Shown piece after piece: positions 40,714-53,714 of a DNA stretch of 64,000 nucleotides (positions are counted from its first letter, which is position 1; each line of letters opens with the position of its first letter). Origin of the DNA: Owenia fusiformis (lineage: Eukaryota); NCBI GenBank assembly GCA_903813345.2, contig CAIIXF020000001.1:46190001-46254000 (forward strand), read 5' to 3'. The notes under the pieces are model-generated. The model made no database searches and had not been told where the DNA came from. It worked only from the letters and a program-made list of their open reading frames with translations. The position numbers were made by a program, and so were the translations under genes.

Positions 40714-41962
40714 TTAACCACGCGGTACTAACTCACCGGGGCGTATCGAAACCAAAACGCCCAGCAAACCGTTAATTTGAATTTTAAATCTATCCTTCTT
40801 TGGAAAATGAATCATTGTGAGTCTCACACTACGCCGTTTTTCTTCAAACTTGTTCCATTAAGCCTTCACAGAAACTCCTTTCAGTCGAGTCATTGCTTTT
40901 GTTTACAAAGTCCCTTGTTTAGCGGCGTTTTGGTCCCCAGGTGTGAGAAGTTGCAAATCCTCAGAGATTTCAACGTCAAAATTACGATCGATATGTTCTA
41001 AGCAATTTAAGTCTTTTAAATTGCAATGAATCATTCCAAATTCTTATGGTTAACAATTTAGAAGATGTTTGTTCTATAAAAAAGTATATTTGATAACCCG
41101 ATGGTCATATAAACCTTGTAAATTCTATCAAATATTGAAAAATATTTAAAATCAATTGGGCATTTTTAATCTATGAGTCTGAGAGTATGAGTATTTTAAT
41201 ATTTTGAGTCCAAAAAATATTTTTCTCAGATGAGCATCGGGTAATTATAATGTTTTAAAAAGTAGAGACTCTATTTCAGTTTTTCACCTTTTAAAATGAA
41301 TAATACCGAAGTCTGAACTAAATGTGCCTTGGCTGTTTTGACGTCATTCTACATTCAAAATGGGAACTTTGTGTCCTGTTTCATCGAGATTAGAGAGGAC
41401 AGATTTTATTAAAATAATTAGAAAGCTTTTTTACTTGTCTGCGCATGTTCCATACTTTACATTGGTACCAAATGATGAATCATGAACATATACCGTATTC
41501 TTTACAGAATAAAGAAATTCCCGCGCTACGGGTTATAATACGCAAGAAAACGTAATAAGCGATTGACGAGTCCCGCATTAAAAGTTATCAGAACACATGT
41601 CATTTTGATGTAATGTTTATCTATTGATATTAATAATGATTATATCTTGTAGGATTTGCATATAAATTCATCAAAAAAGGAACATTAGTACAAAATTTTC
41701 AGTTTCAAAGTTTAGAATTTGTCTTGGTTTCCATGTTTATTCAATTTTAAATCGATGTTTTGATTGAAGTTGCTTGGTTTGTTTCGAAATACTTTTTCAT
41801 CGATTCATTCCTTAGATTGAATGTAGGTTTGTCATTTTCATAATTTTATGTACATGTTTCAATGAATTTCGGAAGAATGATGTCGAATGTTGGTCAAATT
41901 GCGAGAATATACTTCATAACGTGCTGTGAAACGGGAGTGTGCACCAACAGCGTACTTATAGT

Positions 41963-42813
41963 AACAAGACACACAGTTATAAATATCGCACTTTGAAGAG
42001 CAAACTGGCCACCATGCAATTTACCCACCATGGCCAAAACCTAATCAGACCTTGGCACTAGTCTGCTCTTGCATCTGTAAACATTTCAAGTTGACAAGGT
42101 TAGCGGTTTTCCTGCAATTGTGATGACAAGAATTTATTTGTAGTCTTGAACTTTGGGAAAATTTAGATAACATTGTATGTGACCAAATTTGATGACCTTC
42201 GACCTTGAAAATTTCACTTTTTCAGACCTCAGTAGGTCTTTTGTAATTAAGCTGACCTAAATTTAAATCCAAAATATCAATTTAGAAAATCAAATTTTGG
42301 CCTTTTCAAGGTCACTGAAGGTCAACGAAAGGTCAAATCTGAAATCTAAGGTCAGATTTGAACTTGTAGATGTTTTTAAAAAAACAATTTGGTCAATTTG
42401 GAGCAAGTTGAAAAATTCAAAATGGCCGCCAAATTGAAAAATTCAAAATGGCCACCATGTAATTCAGCCAGCATACCCAAAACCTAATCAGATCTTGGCA
42501 ATAGTCTGCTCTTGCATCTGTAAAAATTTCAAGTTGAACGGATAATTGGTTTTCCTGGAATTTTGATGACAATATTTGTTGAAAAATTCAAAATGGCCGC
42601 CACGTAGTTTACCCAGCATGCCCTTAACCTAATCAGATCTTGGTACTAGTCTGCTCTTGCATCTGTAAAAATTTCAAGTTGAACAGGTAAGCAGTTATCC
42701 TGGAAATTTGATGACAAGATTTGGTTTATGTGCCGCCCGCCCGCATGCACGCCCGCCTGCCCGCCCAACAGCACAAGACGACGACAATATAGCACTTTTT
42801 CAAAGTGCGATAA
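41963..42813 (-). mobile_element. HINE (DINE-1/pearl-like) element
   Basis: AACAAG end with sub-terminal TATCGCACTTTGAA (about 41985); repeated cores (AACCTAATCAGA...AGTCTGCTCTTGCATCTGTAAA); GCCC microsatellite; terminal hairpin TATAGCACTTT-TTC-AAAGTGCGATA. Confidence 0.75.
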
Positions 42814-43084
42814 AAATGTATGGTTAATCACGAGTAGAGGTTATTTAATGGGAGGGATGGAATATGAATTTTATTTCGAGGGAAAACATGATATTGACCA
42901 AGAAAAATATCATATTGTCCAAGGGAGTCGACAATGTATGGTATGTCTAACCGATCGAAGATGCTTTTCATGAAAGCCTGGATCTATAAAATTTACAAAA
43001 TGAGCCACTTATATATGTTCTAAGGTATGATGGTCATGGACATAGATAATAGAGACATTAGGCGTCTGATGATCTGATCAATAT

Positions 43085-44729
43085 CTAAATGTGTTCATCT
43101 AAGTTCGGATCTGGGCTGAGGATCATTCTTCCATGTTTGTGCCTTGCACCACCAGGTTTATGCCCTCTGTTGATATCCCCTACTGGTAAATCACTCATTG
43201 CTAAATCAGCATATTTCTTCTTCATTCCACGAGTAAACTTCTGTCCCCCAGATGATGCAACGCTCCTGTTATCTTGCAGGGCTGATGGATTAGCACGAGC
43301 TACGTCCAACATTTGTTTACCAACAGCTTCTATCGCTATGTTCACATTTTCAGTTGGTTTACCCTCGTCCTTAGCTGACATCTTGTGGATCCATTGCGAA
43401 GCTGCTCTCTCAAAACCAAGAGTTTTGATATTCTTTGTCACTTTTCGCCCGCAGTCAACTCCCCCTGTAAAATATAAAGGCCATTTTGATTCCTAAGGTT
43501 TTAGTTGCTCCATCTTCAAATGTGTGAAATGGATGAAAGCTATAAGTATTGATACATGTTGGATTTCATTTACACGCACTCCGTAGAGCTCGTAGATTTA
43601 CCTAATATATGTCAAAACATTAGATTCAAGAAAGTAACGCAATCGGCATCGAAATTATACATTACCTGCTCTAGATATGTTACACAGAGGCAGAACTAAT
43701 TCATTGGTTTCATGTTTCTCTTAAAACATCTAATTTCCATCACAATGTGATTAATAAGATGGGACAAACTTGCGAATGATACTGGTACATGGGATGAAAA
43801 TGTTTCCGTAAATGATACCCTCGCCGCTGGCTCTCAATCAAAGTAAAGACAAATATGGTGTTTTGGATGTTACCTTTTAACGACAGGGTTCAGGCTGGTA
43901 TAAACAAAGAATATATGGTTGACAAGTGTTTTGTCTATTTATAAAGAAGAAAATGAGATAAAAATAGACAATCCATTTTGCTGCACTTTTCTTTTTATAA
44001 GTAGTGAATGCTTTTAACGTTTAAAGAGCAGTAAAAATACTTACATCTCATTATGACAAGAATTAGTATCACCCCTCCCATAGCGATGGCCACGCCAATT
44101 GCAGCCTTTGTGTATGGGTCGTTTCCATCGTAACTAGTCGTAAAGGAAAAACAATTAGAGTTGTCTTTGTTGACTATAGTACTTAGTTCGGTTGGATTGG
44201 ATGCATTTATTATTGTACCTGCCTCTATAATACACGTAAGATAAGTCATTGCGCCTGATACAAGGTTTGCTAAAGTTGCATCCCGGCTATTCTCATTCAT
44301 GGTTATGTTCTGGTAAGCCAATGGGGCATTTGTGTCATATTTCAAAGTGTACACGAATTCGTATCCATTCAGCCTTGGGGGCACTTTCCAGAAGAATGTC
44401 ACACTTGTTGAATTGATCATAAATTCAAGAACTTTCAGTTTTACTATCTGACAGCTCAATCCTTCGAATTCTGATTCACATTGGCATCCATTGTTTCCAT
44501 CGGATTTTGTTTTGCAAACACCTCCGTGAAGGCAGGTCACTGACCCACACATTGTAGTTGTTTCCATGGCAACGCTGGATTCGGCAGCTTTGGTTGTTGT
44601 AGTAACAGATGAAATTGTAGTTGTATTTGTTGTAGTATTCGTTGTTTGATTAGTTCCCGTTGCGTTTTGACATGTTATATGTTTTGTATACTGAATAAGC
44701 AGTATAAGAAATATCTTTGTGATGCTCAT
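43085..44729 (-). CDS. Type I membrane protein: signal peptide, Thr-rich region, EGF domain, FN3-like domain, TM helix, cytoplasmic tail
   Basis: Exon 44729-44045 (upstream in-frame ATG also at 44759): CGSVTCLHGGVC...CQCESEFEGLSC (EGF), SVTFFWKVP...GYEFVY (FN3), AAIGVAIAMGGVILILVIM (TM). Phase-1 donor joins exon 43464-43085 (WGVDCGRKVTK...DEHI*); 354 aa. Confidence 0.8.
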
Positions 44730-45539
44730 CTTAAAATTGCAACCCCTGTCACTTATCATTTTTGGCTCTGTGGTATGTTATATCCTTCTGTGAATATCAA
44801 CTTCTCAGTCATTTCAAATTTGATTCAAATCTACAAAATGAAAAGAAACGAATCAATGTCATTGTCAGGAAAATAGATAAATAGTATTTAGCCAACTTTA
44901 CAATGATGAATACAGTATGTGATTTTAATACCACCATCCCTTGTACTATTATGAGGGCTAACATTTTTAACTCAAATACAGAATCAGCCATAACTTTGGT
45001 TAATATAAGATTCATGAAATATCTAGAGTGCTATTCTATTGTTGCACTGCAGATCTCCAGAAGGACAGAGATTGAGATGACCTGGCTTACAACGATCATC
45101 ATCTTCAACGAATTTAACATTTTGAAATGAAGTTACCAAACCAATAGTAAAACTTACTTCTCTTCAACGACACTTCTTGTTCATTTCGGAAATGTGGCCT
45201 CATCATCAATTTGGACTCATTTTGAAGTTTTGTGATGTCTCCCATGCAGCCTTCACTTGTCTGTATTCAGACCCAAAACTCAAGACTAGGAAACGATTCA
45301 GTACTATTTCAGTATTTGAGCTATTCAAACTATATGGTAGTTTTCCGAATTCAATTGTTGAACTTGCAAATCCCCAATAGTATGTCCATAATACAATTGC
45401 CAATAGTTGGTGTAAATCGTGATCACCAAATGTTTTCCCTTCACATAAATAATGATCTAAATTTAGATATAGGCAAATTGTCAACGTTGTGTAATAATAC
45501 AAATCTTACAAAGTATACAGCGGCATTTTTGAGTGAGAA

Positions 45540-47604
45540 ACCATGTTTAAACGTAAACCATGATACCATGGTATACCATGGTTTACCATGGTCTATCATG
45601 ATCGGCAATGAAATTACCATCAACTCTGACCATGGTGGCAATGATGTTTTTTTGGTCAATTTTTGACCATGGTATACCATGGTATATCATGTTATACCAT
45701 GTTTCATGGTATTTCATGTCCAAAGTTTGCCATCAAATACCATGGTATTTCATTGCCATGTTCCTGACCATCATTTACCATGGTATTACCATGGTATATC
45801 ATGGTTGATTGCATTTCATGGCATTTCATTGTAAGATGTGACAATCAAATACCATGGTATTTCAATGCCATGTTCCTGACCATAATTTACCATGGTATAT
45901 CATGGTTGATGGCATTTCATTATAAGATGTGACAATCAAATACCATGGTCATACCATGGTATTTCATTGCCACGTTCCTGACCATCATTTACCATGGTAT
46001 TACCATTGTATATCATGGTTGATGGTATTTCATTGTTCAATTTGACAATCAAATGTCATGGTCATACCATGATATTCTATTGTTATGTACCTGACCATCA
46101 TTTACCATGGTATTACCATTGTATATCATGGTTGATGTCATTTCCTTGCATTTCATTGTACCGTGTGACAATCAATTACCATGGTCATACCATGTCATTC
46201 CATTGCCAAAATCATAACTCTCATTTATCATGGTTTTATCATTGCATTTCATGGTTGGTGGTATTTCATGGCATTTTATTGTCAAACCTGACCATCAAAT
46301 ACTATGGTCACACCATGGTATTTCATTGCCATAATCATAACTATCATTTATCATGGCATATCATTGCATTTCGTGGTTGATTGTGTTTCATAGCATTTCA
46401 TTTTCAAACCTGACCATCAAATACCATGGTTATACCATGGTATTTCATTGCTAAAAAGAACTCTACAAGAGTCTCAAGTCCAAAATTGGTCAGAGTTGAA
46501 ATAGATCATGAAATGCAATGAAATATCACGTTTAACCATGAAATGCAATGAAATACAATGATTGATCATGATATGCAATGAAATGCAATGGTCTTTCTTG
46601 CAATGCAGTGAAATACAATGAAAGGCCATGTTCAAAAAGTATTTTTTACATGAAATATCTTTATTAATAAATGTTGATTAGATAACCAAATTATTATAAT
46701 TAGTGATTCTGATATTCATCAAAATCACAACTTTATATACTTTTGTTCCTTTATTTAATAAATTAATTTCTATTATGAATAATTAAGTTGATAACCCTAG
46801 AAACAATTTTTTTTTTGTTAAACAAATATGCTTTACTTTTATTTGACTGTTGTCGGTTAAATAGGAGATCAACTTAATATTTTGAAAGTCAAACCTCCAG
46901 TCTTCGATTAAACATCTTGACTGTACTTCATTGCATTTGATGGTCTGCAAACATGAAATACTGCAAAATAGCAGTATTTTTAAATGCAAAATTTTAAGTA
47001 TAGTTTCCACAGTATACCATAGTAGATTGTGATAATTAAATGGCTCCATTGCATATCATGGTAAAATGTCTAGACCATGATATCACTGCATTTGATGGTA
47101 TTTGACCATGAAATACTGTGAAACGGTGGTATTTTTTAGATACAAAATTACATGTTAATTGACCATGGTATACCATGGTATATCATGATCGTTAAATGGC
47201 ACCATTGCATTTCATGGTCAGGAGCGTTTTTTTAACAATGAGTTTCCCATTGAAAAAATACTGCCGTTTCACAGTATTTCATGGTCAGAAACCATCAAAT
47301 GCAATGATATCATGGTCAAGAAACCATCAAATGCAATGATATCATGGCCGAGAACTTGACCATGATATCATTGCATTTGATGGTTTCTGACCATGAAATA
47401 CTGCGAAACGGCAGTATTTTTTCAATGGAAAACTCCATGTTAAAAACGCACTGTTAACAATGAAATGCAATGGTGCCATTTAACGTTCATGATCGGCCAT
47501 GGTATTACCATGGTATTTCATTGCATTTCATGGCCATATACCATGGTATACCATGGTCATACCATGGTATACCATGGTATGGCCATGGTCCATTTCAACA
47601 TGGT
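45540..47604. repeat. CCATGG-rich satellite-like/foldback element with internal palindrome
   Basis: Dense (AT)ACCATGGT units and ~85-95-bp higher-order repeats; ACCATGTT..AAA-type inverted ends; ~350-bp palindrome at about 47170-47515. Confidence 0.7.
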
Positions 47605-48364
47605 ACCGGGCCTGAAACTACCCTGCGCGCAGAGTCTAAGTATGATGAGGAATGCAAAGGGTAGGCTGAACGAACTAGCAGCCTGGGTGAGAGGGGTAAG
47701 GATGCGGGCTAGAATGTGACCACAGGAACCGGAACATAAAGTTCACTACCCACCATCAGCGTAAGCTACCCAGAAAGTGAGTGAGAGTTGTGGGTGGATT
47801 CTCTTAGCGGGGCAATTGTACAATCTCTGTATCTGTTCTGGTTTTGACATAATAAAACTCCAGATAATTACTCATTTTTTCCCATTAGTAATTCTTATTT
47901 CACATTAAAAATAATATTATATCTAAACATAACATTCAGAAAATCATATTAAGATTAAGAATGTTTATTAAATTACTTTAGTGTTATCTTAATACAATGT
48001 ACAATATACAATATAATTAAGTATTATTTTTCACTCATACTTTATCATATAGGTGTCATGTAAATCTATATGCATCATATTACAAATCTCGGCATAGAAA
48101 TAAATATATTTCTGTTAATGACAAGCTTCCTAATCATCGTCATGGTTATCCTATTCTCAATATGGTAAAACGTTTGAATTTACTGTTTTATGCAAAAACC
48201 AGTGTGAGATCCATAGCCTGTACTATCTAGAAAGTCACTTTCTATATTGAGCTTAATACTATTTTAACAGTGGCCTTATTTAATTCTAGATTGATCCTGA
48301 GATTTACATTTGAACAATAAATCCCTGCAGTGAGGGTGGTCCATCAGATATCACTGCATTTTAA

Positions 48365-48548
48365 CAGTAAAACCTGTATATCCAAATCCAAACATCTCTC
48401 AAATCTGAACATTTTCCTTGCTATTTTTTTTGTAAATGTATCATTGACTTCCATCCATATTACAAAAAAAAACTTGACAAGGGAACGCCGAATAATTGGA
48501 ACACTTTTATTATGTCCAAATGCTGTTCGAATTAGACAGGTTTTACTG
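48365..48548. mobile_element. Tc1/mariner (pogo/Tigger-like) MITE
   Basis: TIR CAGTAAAACCTGT / ACAGGTTTTACTG; the expected TA TSD is not intact; a related right end occurs at 59521-59533. Confidence 0.55.
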
Positions 48549-49846
48549 TTTACCTTTTGAACCTTTATTCATCACATTTTACAGGTCTTTTACTCCAAGT
48601 AGATTAGACATTCTTTAAAGAAATAATGAATTTTTAAACTTTATAAAAACAATGGGATCCTTCAGGAATATAGACCAGTATATTAGGATTTATGGCAAAA
48701 CATATTATTTTTCTGATCATTGTTTCACCATGGGAAAAAACATGGGTCACAATTTCTCACAGAATCGAGGTCTTTGTTATCACAGGGTGTAAGTCATCCT
48801 CCCCCTTTATGTAGGGTATAATAGAGAGAGGGTGACTTACTCCCCATGTTTGTTACAGTCATGATAAAAACAAACCAGGATACATGGTATATGGTAAGTC
48901 TATTTGAAAATTGAATGTATACTGTACATCTATACTACTATACATTTAATTCAATCACTCTTTATGTTGTGTCATAATCTATCATAATGTGAATAGACCA
49001 TATGCCTTATCTTTTAAACACCTTGTTATGTGACGCTTGTAACTTCACATTTAAGGTGAAAAGTATCTTACAAAGTAAATAATCAACCATAATCTTCTAT
49101 AATATGTACAGATAATACACATTTGTAAACATTTCCATGATAGATGTTATAAAGATATGGTAGTTTTGCATCAAGCCCCCGTAACCCCCTCCCACAAACC
49201 CATTCATTATTTCTCTATCACGACATGCAATAAGGAGTGACGGAAAGGGGGTACAGACTAAACGAATGACGAATATTTGCTAACATGGCTTCAATTACGT
49301 GGATGCCATTGTTATTATGATTACAAAGCAGCAATGTGAGATTGCTGTAAAATGCAATCAATGGAGAGAGAAACTAATTCTGTTCTCTGACTGCTTTTGA
49401 GCCATGACCACTCTACAAATGAGCAATGAAGGCTCTGATCAAATTTTACTCCATTGAAGAGATAGCGAGAATATATTTACAATTCACAAGGGCTTGAAGC
49501 AAGACTATAAAAATAGCTGACAAATCTACTGTATAATTATACAGTTAATCCTATAACATTTAAAAACTTTTGATTTTTTATGTTCTTCACAATTATCAAC
49601 AATCAGACTTATTGCTTTGGCTAAACCTGAATCTGAACATCCCCTGACAAACAATACAGGTCAATATAAATTACTGTCTTTATTCTTATATATCCATGAA
49701 AACGGTAGCCTTGCATCAAGTCTTTGGACCCTACCCATGTCTACTTGACATAAAGTCTTAAGGAGGGCTACTGGTCACAAAGGGCTTGAAACAAGACTAT
49801 AAAATAGCTAATAAAACTATATATGAAATCCTATATCGATTCTAAA

Positions 49847-51869
49847 TTAAAGGAACAATTGATGACTTTTGGCACGTTCCTCATCCTTGCGGGCTCGTCT
49901 AGCCTGGTCAATTGTCTCAACAGTGGGGACACCACCTGGCATTGCAAGAAGATCTTGTTCAGATTTCAATATACTTTCCGCCTCAACTGAAAGCAATGAG
50001 ACAAAATGGTGAATAAAAGTATGCAAACAAATATAAAAAGTATAAAAACAAAAATACACAATGAAAAACCCTGAAATTGTTTTTTCAGTTGCAATGCACA
50101 AAAATATGTAATTACTAAACACTTATATACCATGTACTGTATATGGATTCAAATGAGTAAACTAACAATATTCACATTCAGATGTCTTCTTACAAGCAAA
50201 TGGGTTTGGATCATTTGAACAGTAGTTTATCAGTTTATCAAAATATATCAAATCATCATAAATCCACAATCATTATACCAAACATTTGAGAAATTATAAG
50301 ATGACAAAATACAAAAATTTGGATTATTAAGGCAAGACCTAACTTGGTGAACACATGTCTGTTGTAATACCACCACACAGGGCTTACCTTGTATTCTATG
50401 TATCTTTGTGTAAAATGCCATATCAGCTTGGTAACCAAGGATAAATGTTAGAGGTACTAAGGGAACTATGGCTGCAGGTTTTCTGGTATGTCTGAACCTA
50501 AAATAACAAATAAATAAGTAAATCTACAATGTTTTGAAGTATTGAGTTTAGAAGTATTTTTGTTTAATAGGAATTTACTTCTGACAAACATCATATGACA
50601 TCTCTCAAGGGGGGGGGGGGGTTCGCAGGGTTCGGGCGAAACCCCCCCCCCTCCCCCCGGCCCAAAATTTTTTCAAAATCATGCAGTTTTTCACCATTTT
50701 GAGCACTTCTCAAGTGATTTTAGCCATATTTGGGCCAAAATTTCAAATGTGAACCCCCCTGGAAATTTTTGAAAACTGAACCCCCCCTTGACAAATCCTG
50801 GCTACAAGCCTGTCTCTGCCCCAACTACTTCACCTCATCCTTGCAGCAAGGGTATATAGTATTTTATATAAGCATAAATGAAGTCTTTTGATGAAGGATG
50901 CTTCGCCTATCAGACCTGCTTTTGAGAATGTGTGAGAGATTGGAGCAAAATATCTGCTAGATGTATACATGTACAAGATTACCTTATACTAGTACCTTTT
51001 GTTTTGAACTGTTTCATGTCCCTCTTTTGGCAATTCAAACTGGATGGAAATAGGAGCTTGAATTTATCTTTTACAAGTTCCGTAAGTTCAAACAAGGAAG
51101 CACAAATGGCAACATTTACAAAGTAAATTAGCATACTAACCCAGCAATGCCTCCTATTAAGGCTAAACTGTAAAATGATGCGAACCAGTAGAACAAGTCC
51201 CTAGATCTGGCAATTTGTGTGGCCATCATCCTCTCCCTCATCACATTCTGCATTGCTAACTGCCTCTCCAGCTGAAGAATATGAAGGTTCAATAATTCAA
51301 TTTTTTTAAACTATATTTCAAGAATAAAACATATTTACAAAAATACATAGGCCTAGTTACATTGTTTGATTCCTATACAGTTTTTCTTTCAAAATATGCA
51401 TGTATACTGCCAGTTTTGTCTCTATTAAAATTCAATTCAATATGATTTTACTATATGTAAACAGTTCAATGCATAAATTTTAATGTTTGCCTCTCCTGCT
51501 GAATCCCTTATGTACATGCAAAAATACAAGAACTATGAACAATGCAGTTACAATTTGACTTCATCATACCTACATCTTTAATGCTATATTGAACTTACAG
51601 TCATCCCATGCAAAAATGCAAGAACTATGAACAATGCAGTTACAATTTGACTTCATCATACCTACATCTTTAATGCTATATTGAACTTACAGTCATCCCA
51701 TGCAAAAATGCAAGAACTATGAACAATGCAGTTACAATTTGACTTCATCATACCTACATCTTTAATGCTATATTAAACTTACAGTCATGGTTTGCATCTT
51801 CAACATGAATTCTTGGTTCTTTGCTAGTTGATCATCCATGATCTTATTCATTCCTAGGACGTTACCCAT
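49847..51869 (-). CDS. PLGRKT: Plasminogen receptor (KT) homologue
   Basis: Exons 51869-51783, 51271-51141, 50497-50388, 49986-49847 (155 aa): MGNVLG...KNQEFML...LERQLAMQNVMRERMMATQIARSRD...KPAAIVPLVPLTFILGYQADMA...EAESIL...PGG; matches the PLGRKT/C9orf46 pattern. Probable non-coding first exon ending at 53715. Confidence 0.92.
50606..50812. mobile_element. Deleted relative of the CAGGCCCGTAGCC hAT-like family
   Basis: Ends CCTGGCTACAAGCCTG, flanked by 5-bp direct repeat TCTCT (50601-50605, 50813-50817); another right end at about 62514-62528. Confidence 0.6.
51515..51788. repeat. 3 x 92-bp tandem repeat spanning a PLGRKT splice donor
   Basis: Near-identical units; ATGACT|GTAAGTT donor on the - strand recurs at 51782, 51690 and 51598. 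Confidence 0.9.
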
Positions 51870-52467
51870 ATTGAAATAGGATCTGGAAGTTCAATCTCTG
51901 CTGGAAATAAATGTAAACAAGGCATTACAATTTAACATGCAAAATGTAACCTCCTACCATTTTTTACAGATGCTCAATGCCACCCACCAAACATCAACTG
52001 CCATGCCAAATACACGAATGCTGTCCACAAAAAGGTTGGAGGCAATAACAGTATTTTCACCAAACCCGTATTTTTATACAAACCCTTTGGTATATAGGGT
52101 GTTTGTTTTATTATGGGCTTTCAACAGAGAAAGCCCATGGTTTTATAATGAGAGGGGTTCGAGACAAAGGGGGCGGTTGCATAATGGAAATGTTTTCAAA
52201 GAACAATCTATCAAAGTGTAACGAGACTCGGCACACTCGTTCAGGGAGCTGAAATGTAACGAGCCTGATACTACATGTAGATCTGAAAGGGAGTGTGCTA
52301 AATTCAATGGGGAATCAAAACCCAAAACGGACACCGCTTCAGCCAAAGTGTAGTGCAGTAACAACTTGCTATCGAGGGTCATCACAAAAGTACATTTACA
52401 TGTCCAGTGTGCACGGATAGTGGGAAGTCCTCCATCTAGGAGGTATATACAAATAATATAATTAAGA

Positions 52468-52637
52468 AATATAGACCAAAGAGCAGGGTGTCTAGTTTCG
52501 AATAACACCCCGCTGGTCTCGGCACAAACGTTTTCTGTACCCCGAACGACCGAAGGGAGTGAGGGGTTCGAAAGCTTTTGTGCCGAGACCAGCGGGGTGT
52601 TATTCGAAACTAGTAACCCTGCTCTGAGGTCTATATT
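52468..52637. repeat. Palindromic MITE/hairpin in the PLGRKT 5' intron
   Basis: AGAGCAGGGT..CTAGTTTCGAATAACACCCCGCTGGTCTCGGCACAAA and its reverse complement. Confidence 0.75.
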
Positions 52638-52747
52638 ACGATTCGAACATGAAAACTCACCAAATTGTTTCAAATATTCATCATGGTCCGCCATTACTAC
52701 AACCCACCGTTATGACGTCACACATTACACGTATTAACTGGGTTATT

Positions 52748-53418
52748 CATCATCATCATCATCATCGTTTTTAGGAGTTTAAGGCGTGTGCCTGTGGGTT
52801 CCTCCCTTCAAGACATATAATTTCAAAGAACTGCTTTGGTATTTTATTTCCCAAAGACTTATAACTGTACTGGTAATTTGTAGGGACTTGTGATTCATAA
52901 AAACTGACATTGAACCAAAATAAAACCTAGTGAGTGTAAACTGGTCATCCTACTCGCTTGTACTCTACTTCATGTCTGGGTAATAGTGGGCATCAATCTT
53001 TGCCTTGAAGTCATCTAGTGTCTGGGCTGTAACTGCTTTTTCAGGGAGATTATTCCATTCATTGACAATCCGTTGGCTAAAAAAACCTTGTCTTAGTGCA
53101 AGATTTGATCTGTCCTTATAAAATTTCTGGCTATGACCTCTTGTTGTACTGTGGTTTAGAGTAAAGAATAGGGAGTAATCAATGTTGTCTATATTGTTCA
53201 TGAGCTTGTAGACTTGGATCAAATCTCCTCTTTTCCTCCTGTAGGCCATGGAGAAAAGGTTCAGTTGCTTCAGTCTGTCTGGATATGAAAGATCGGACAT
53301 GCCTGTGATCATTTTAGTGGCCCTTCTTTGTATCTTTTCAATTTTGTCAATGTCTATCTGGTACCTGGGATTCCAAGCCACGGTGCAGTATTCAAGATGG
53401 GGACGGACAAGTGTGGTC
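52748..53418 (-). mobile_element. 5'-truncated CR1-clade LINE fragment
   Basis: ORF2 C-terminus LVRPHLEYC..W.P...IEKIQRRATKMI...YPDRLKQLNL...RRKRGDLIQVYK...TRGH...FFSQRIVNEWNNLP; 3' (GAT)n tail at 52748-52766; possible TTATT TSD. Confidence 0.88.
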
Positions 53419-53714
53419 TTATTGATCTCGAATATAACCCAGCTGAAGCATTGACTTTGTTTACAGTTTATAGAAGGCGTGAATACAGTCATGTTCGAAT
53501 AAGTAATATATGGAGGACATCCCATAACCGTGCCAGTGTGAAAGGTGTGAAAATAGCCAACAGAATAGACCTGTAGAGATCTATACAAATGTACAGTGAC
53601 GTCTCTTTGAGAATAATAGATTATATTATGAGCATCGTCATTAGTTCCAAGTGAACAAATATTTAATAACATCAATATAGTAAAGATAAAGGCTGCTGCA
53701 TAGAAGATCCTTAC

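Larger units (their letters stand above)
34066..43704. repeat. Tandem segmental duplication, copy 2
   Basis: Begins immediately after copy 1 with GCAAAGTGTTTTAAGCTTATTTTATTTC and ends AACTAATTCAT at 43704. Confidence 0.9.

Noticed and set aside
44809..45502. Short minus-strand ORFs upstream of the EGF-FN3 gene
   Set aside because: No recognisable domain and stops in candidate frames; at most 5' UTR or decayed sequence.
47641..47720. ATGATGA...CTGA, possible C/D box snoRNA
   Set aside because: Boxes are too close together, there is no terminal stem, and it is not in an evident host intron.
52143..52694. 183-aa minus-strand ORF
   Set aside because: Runs through a palindromic MITE in the PLGRKT 5' intron; no protein-like features.
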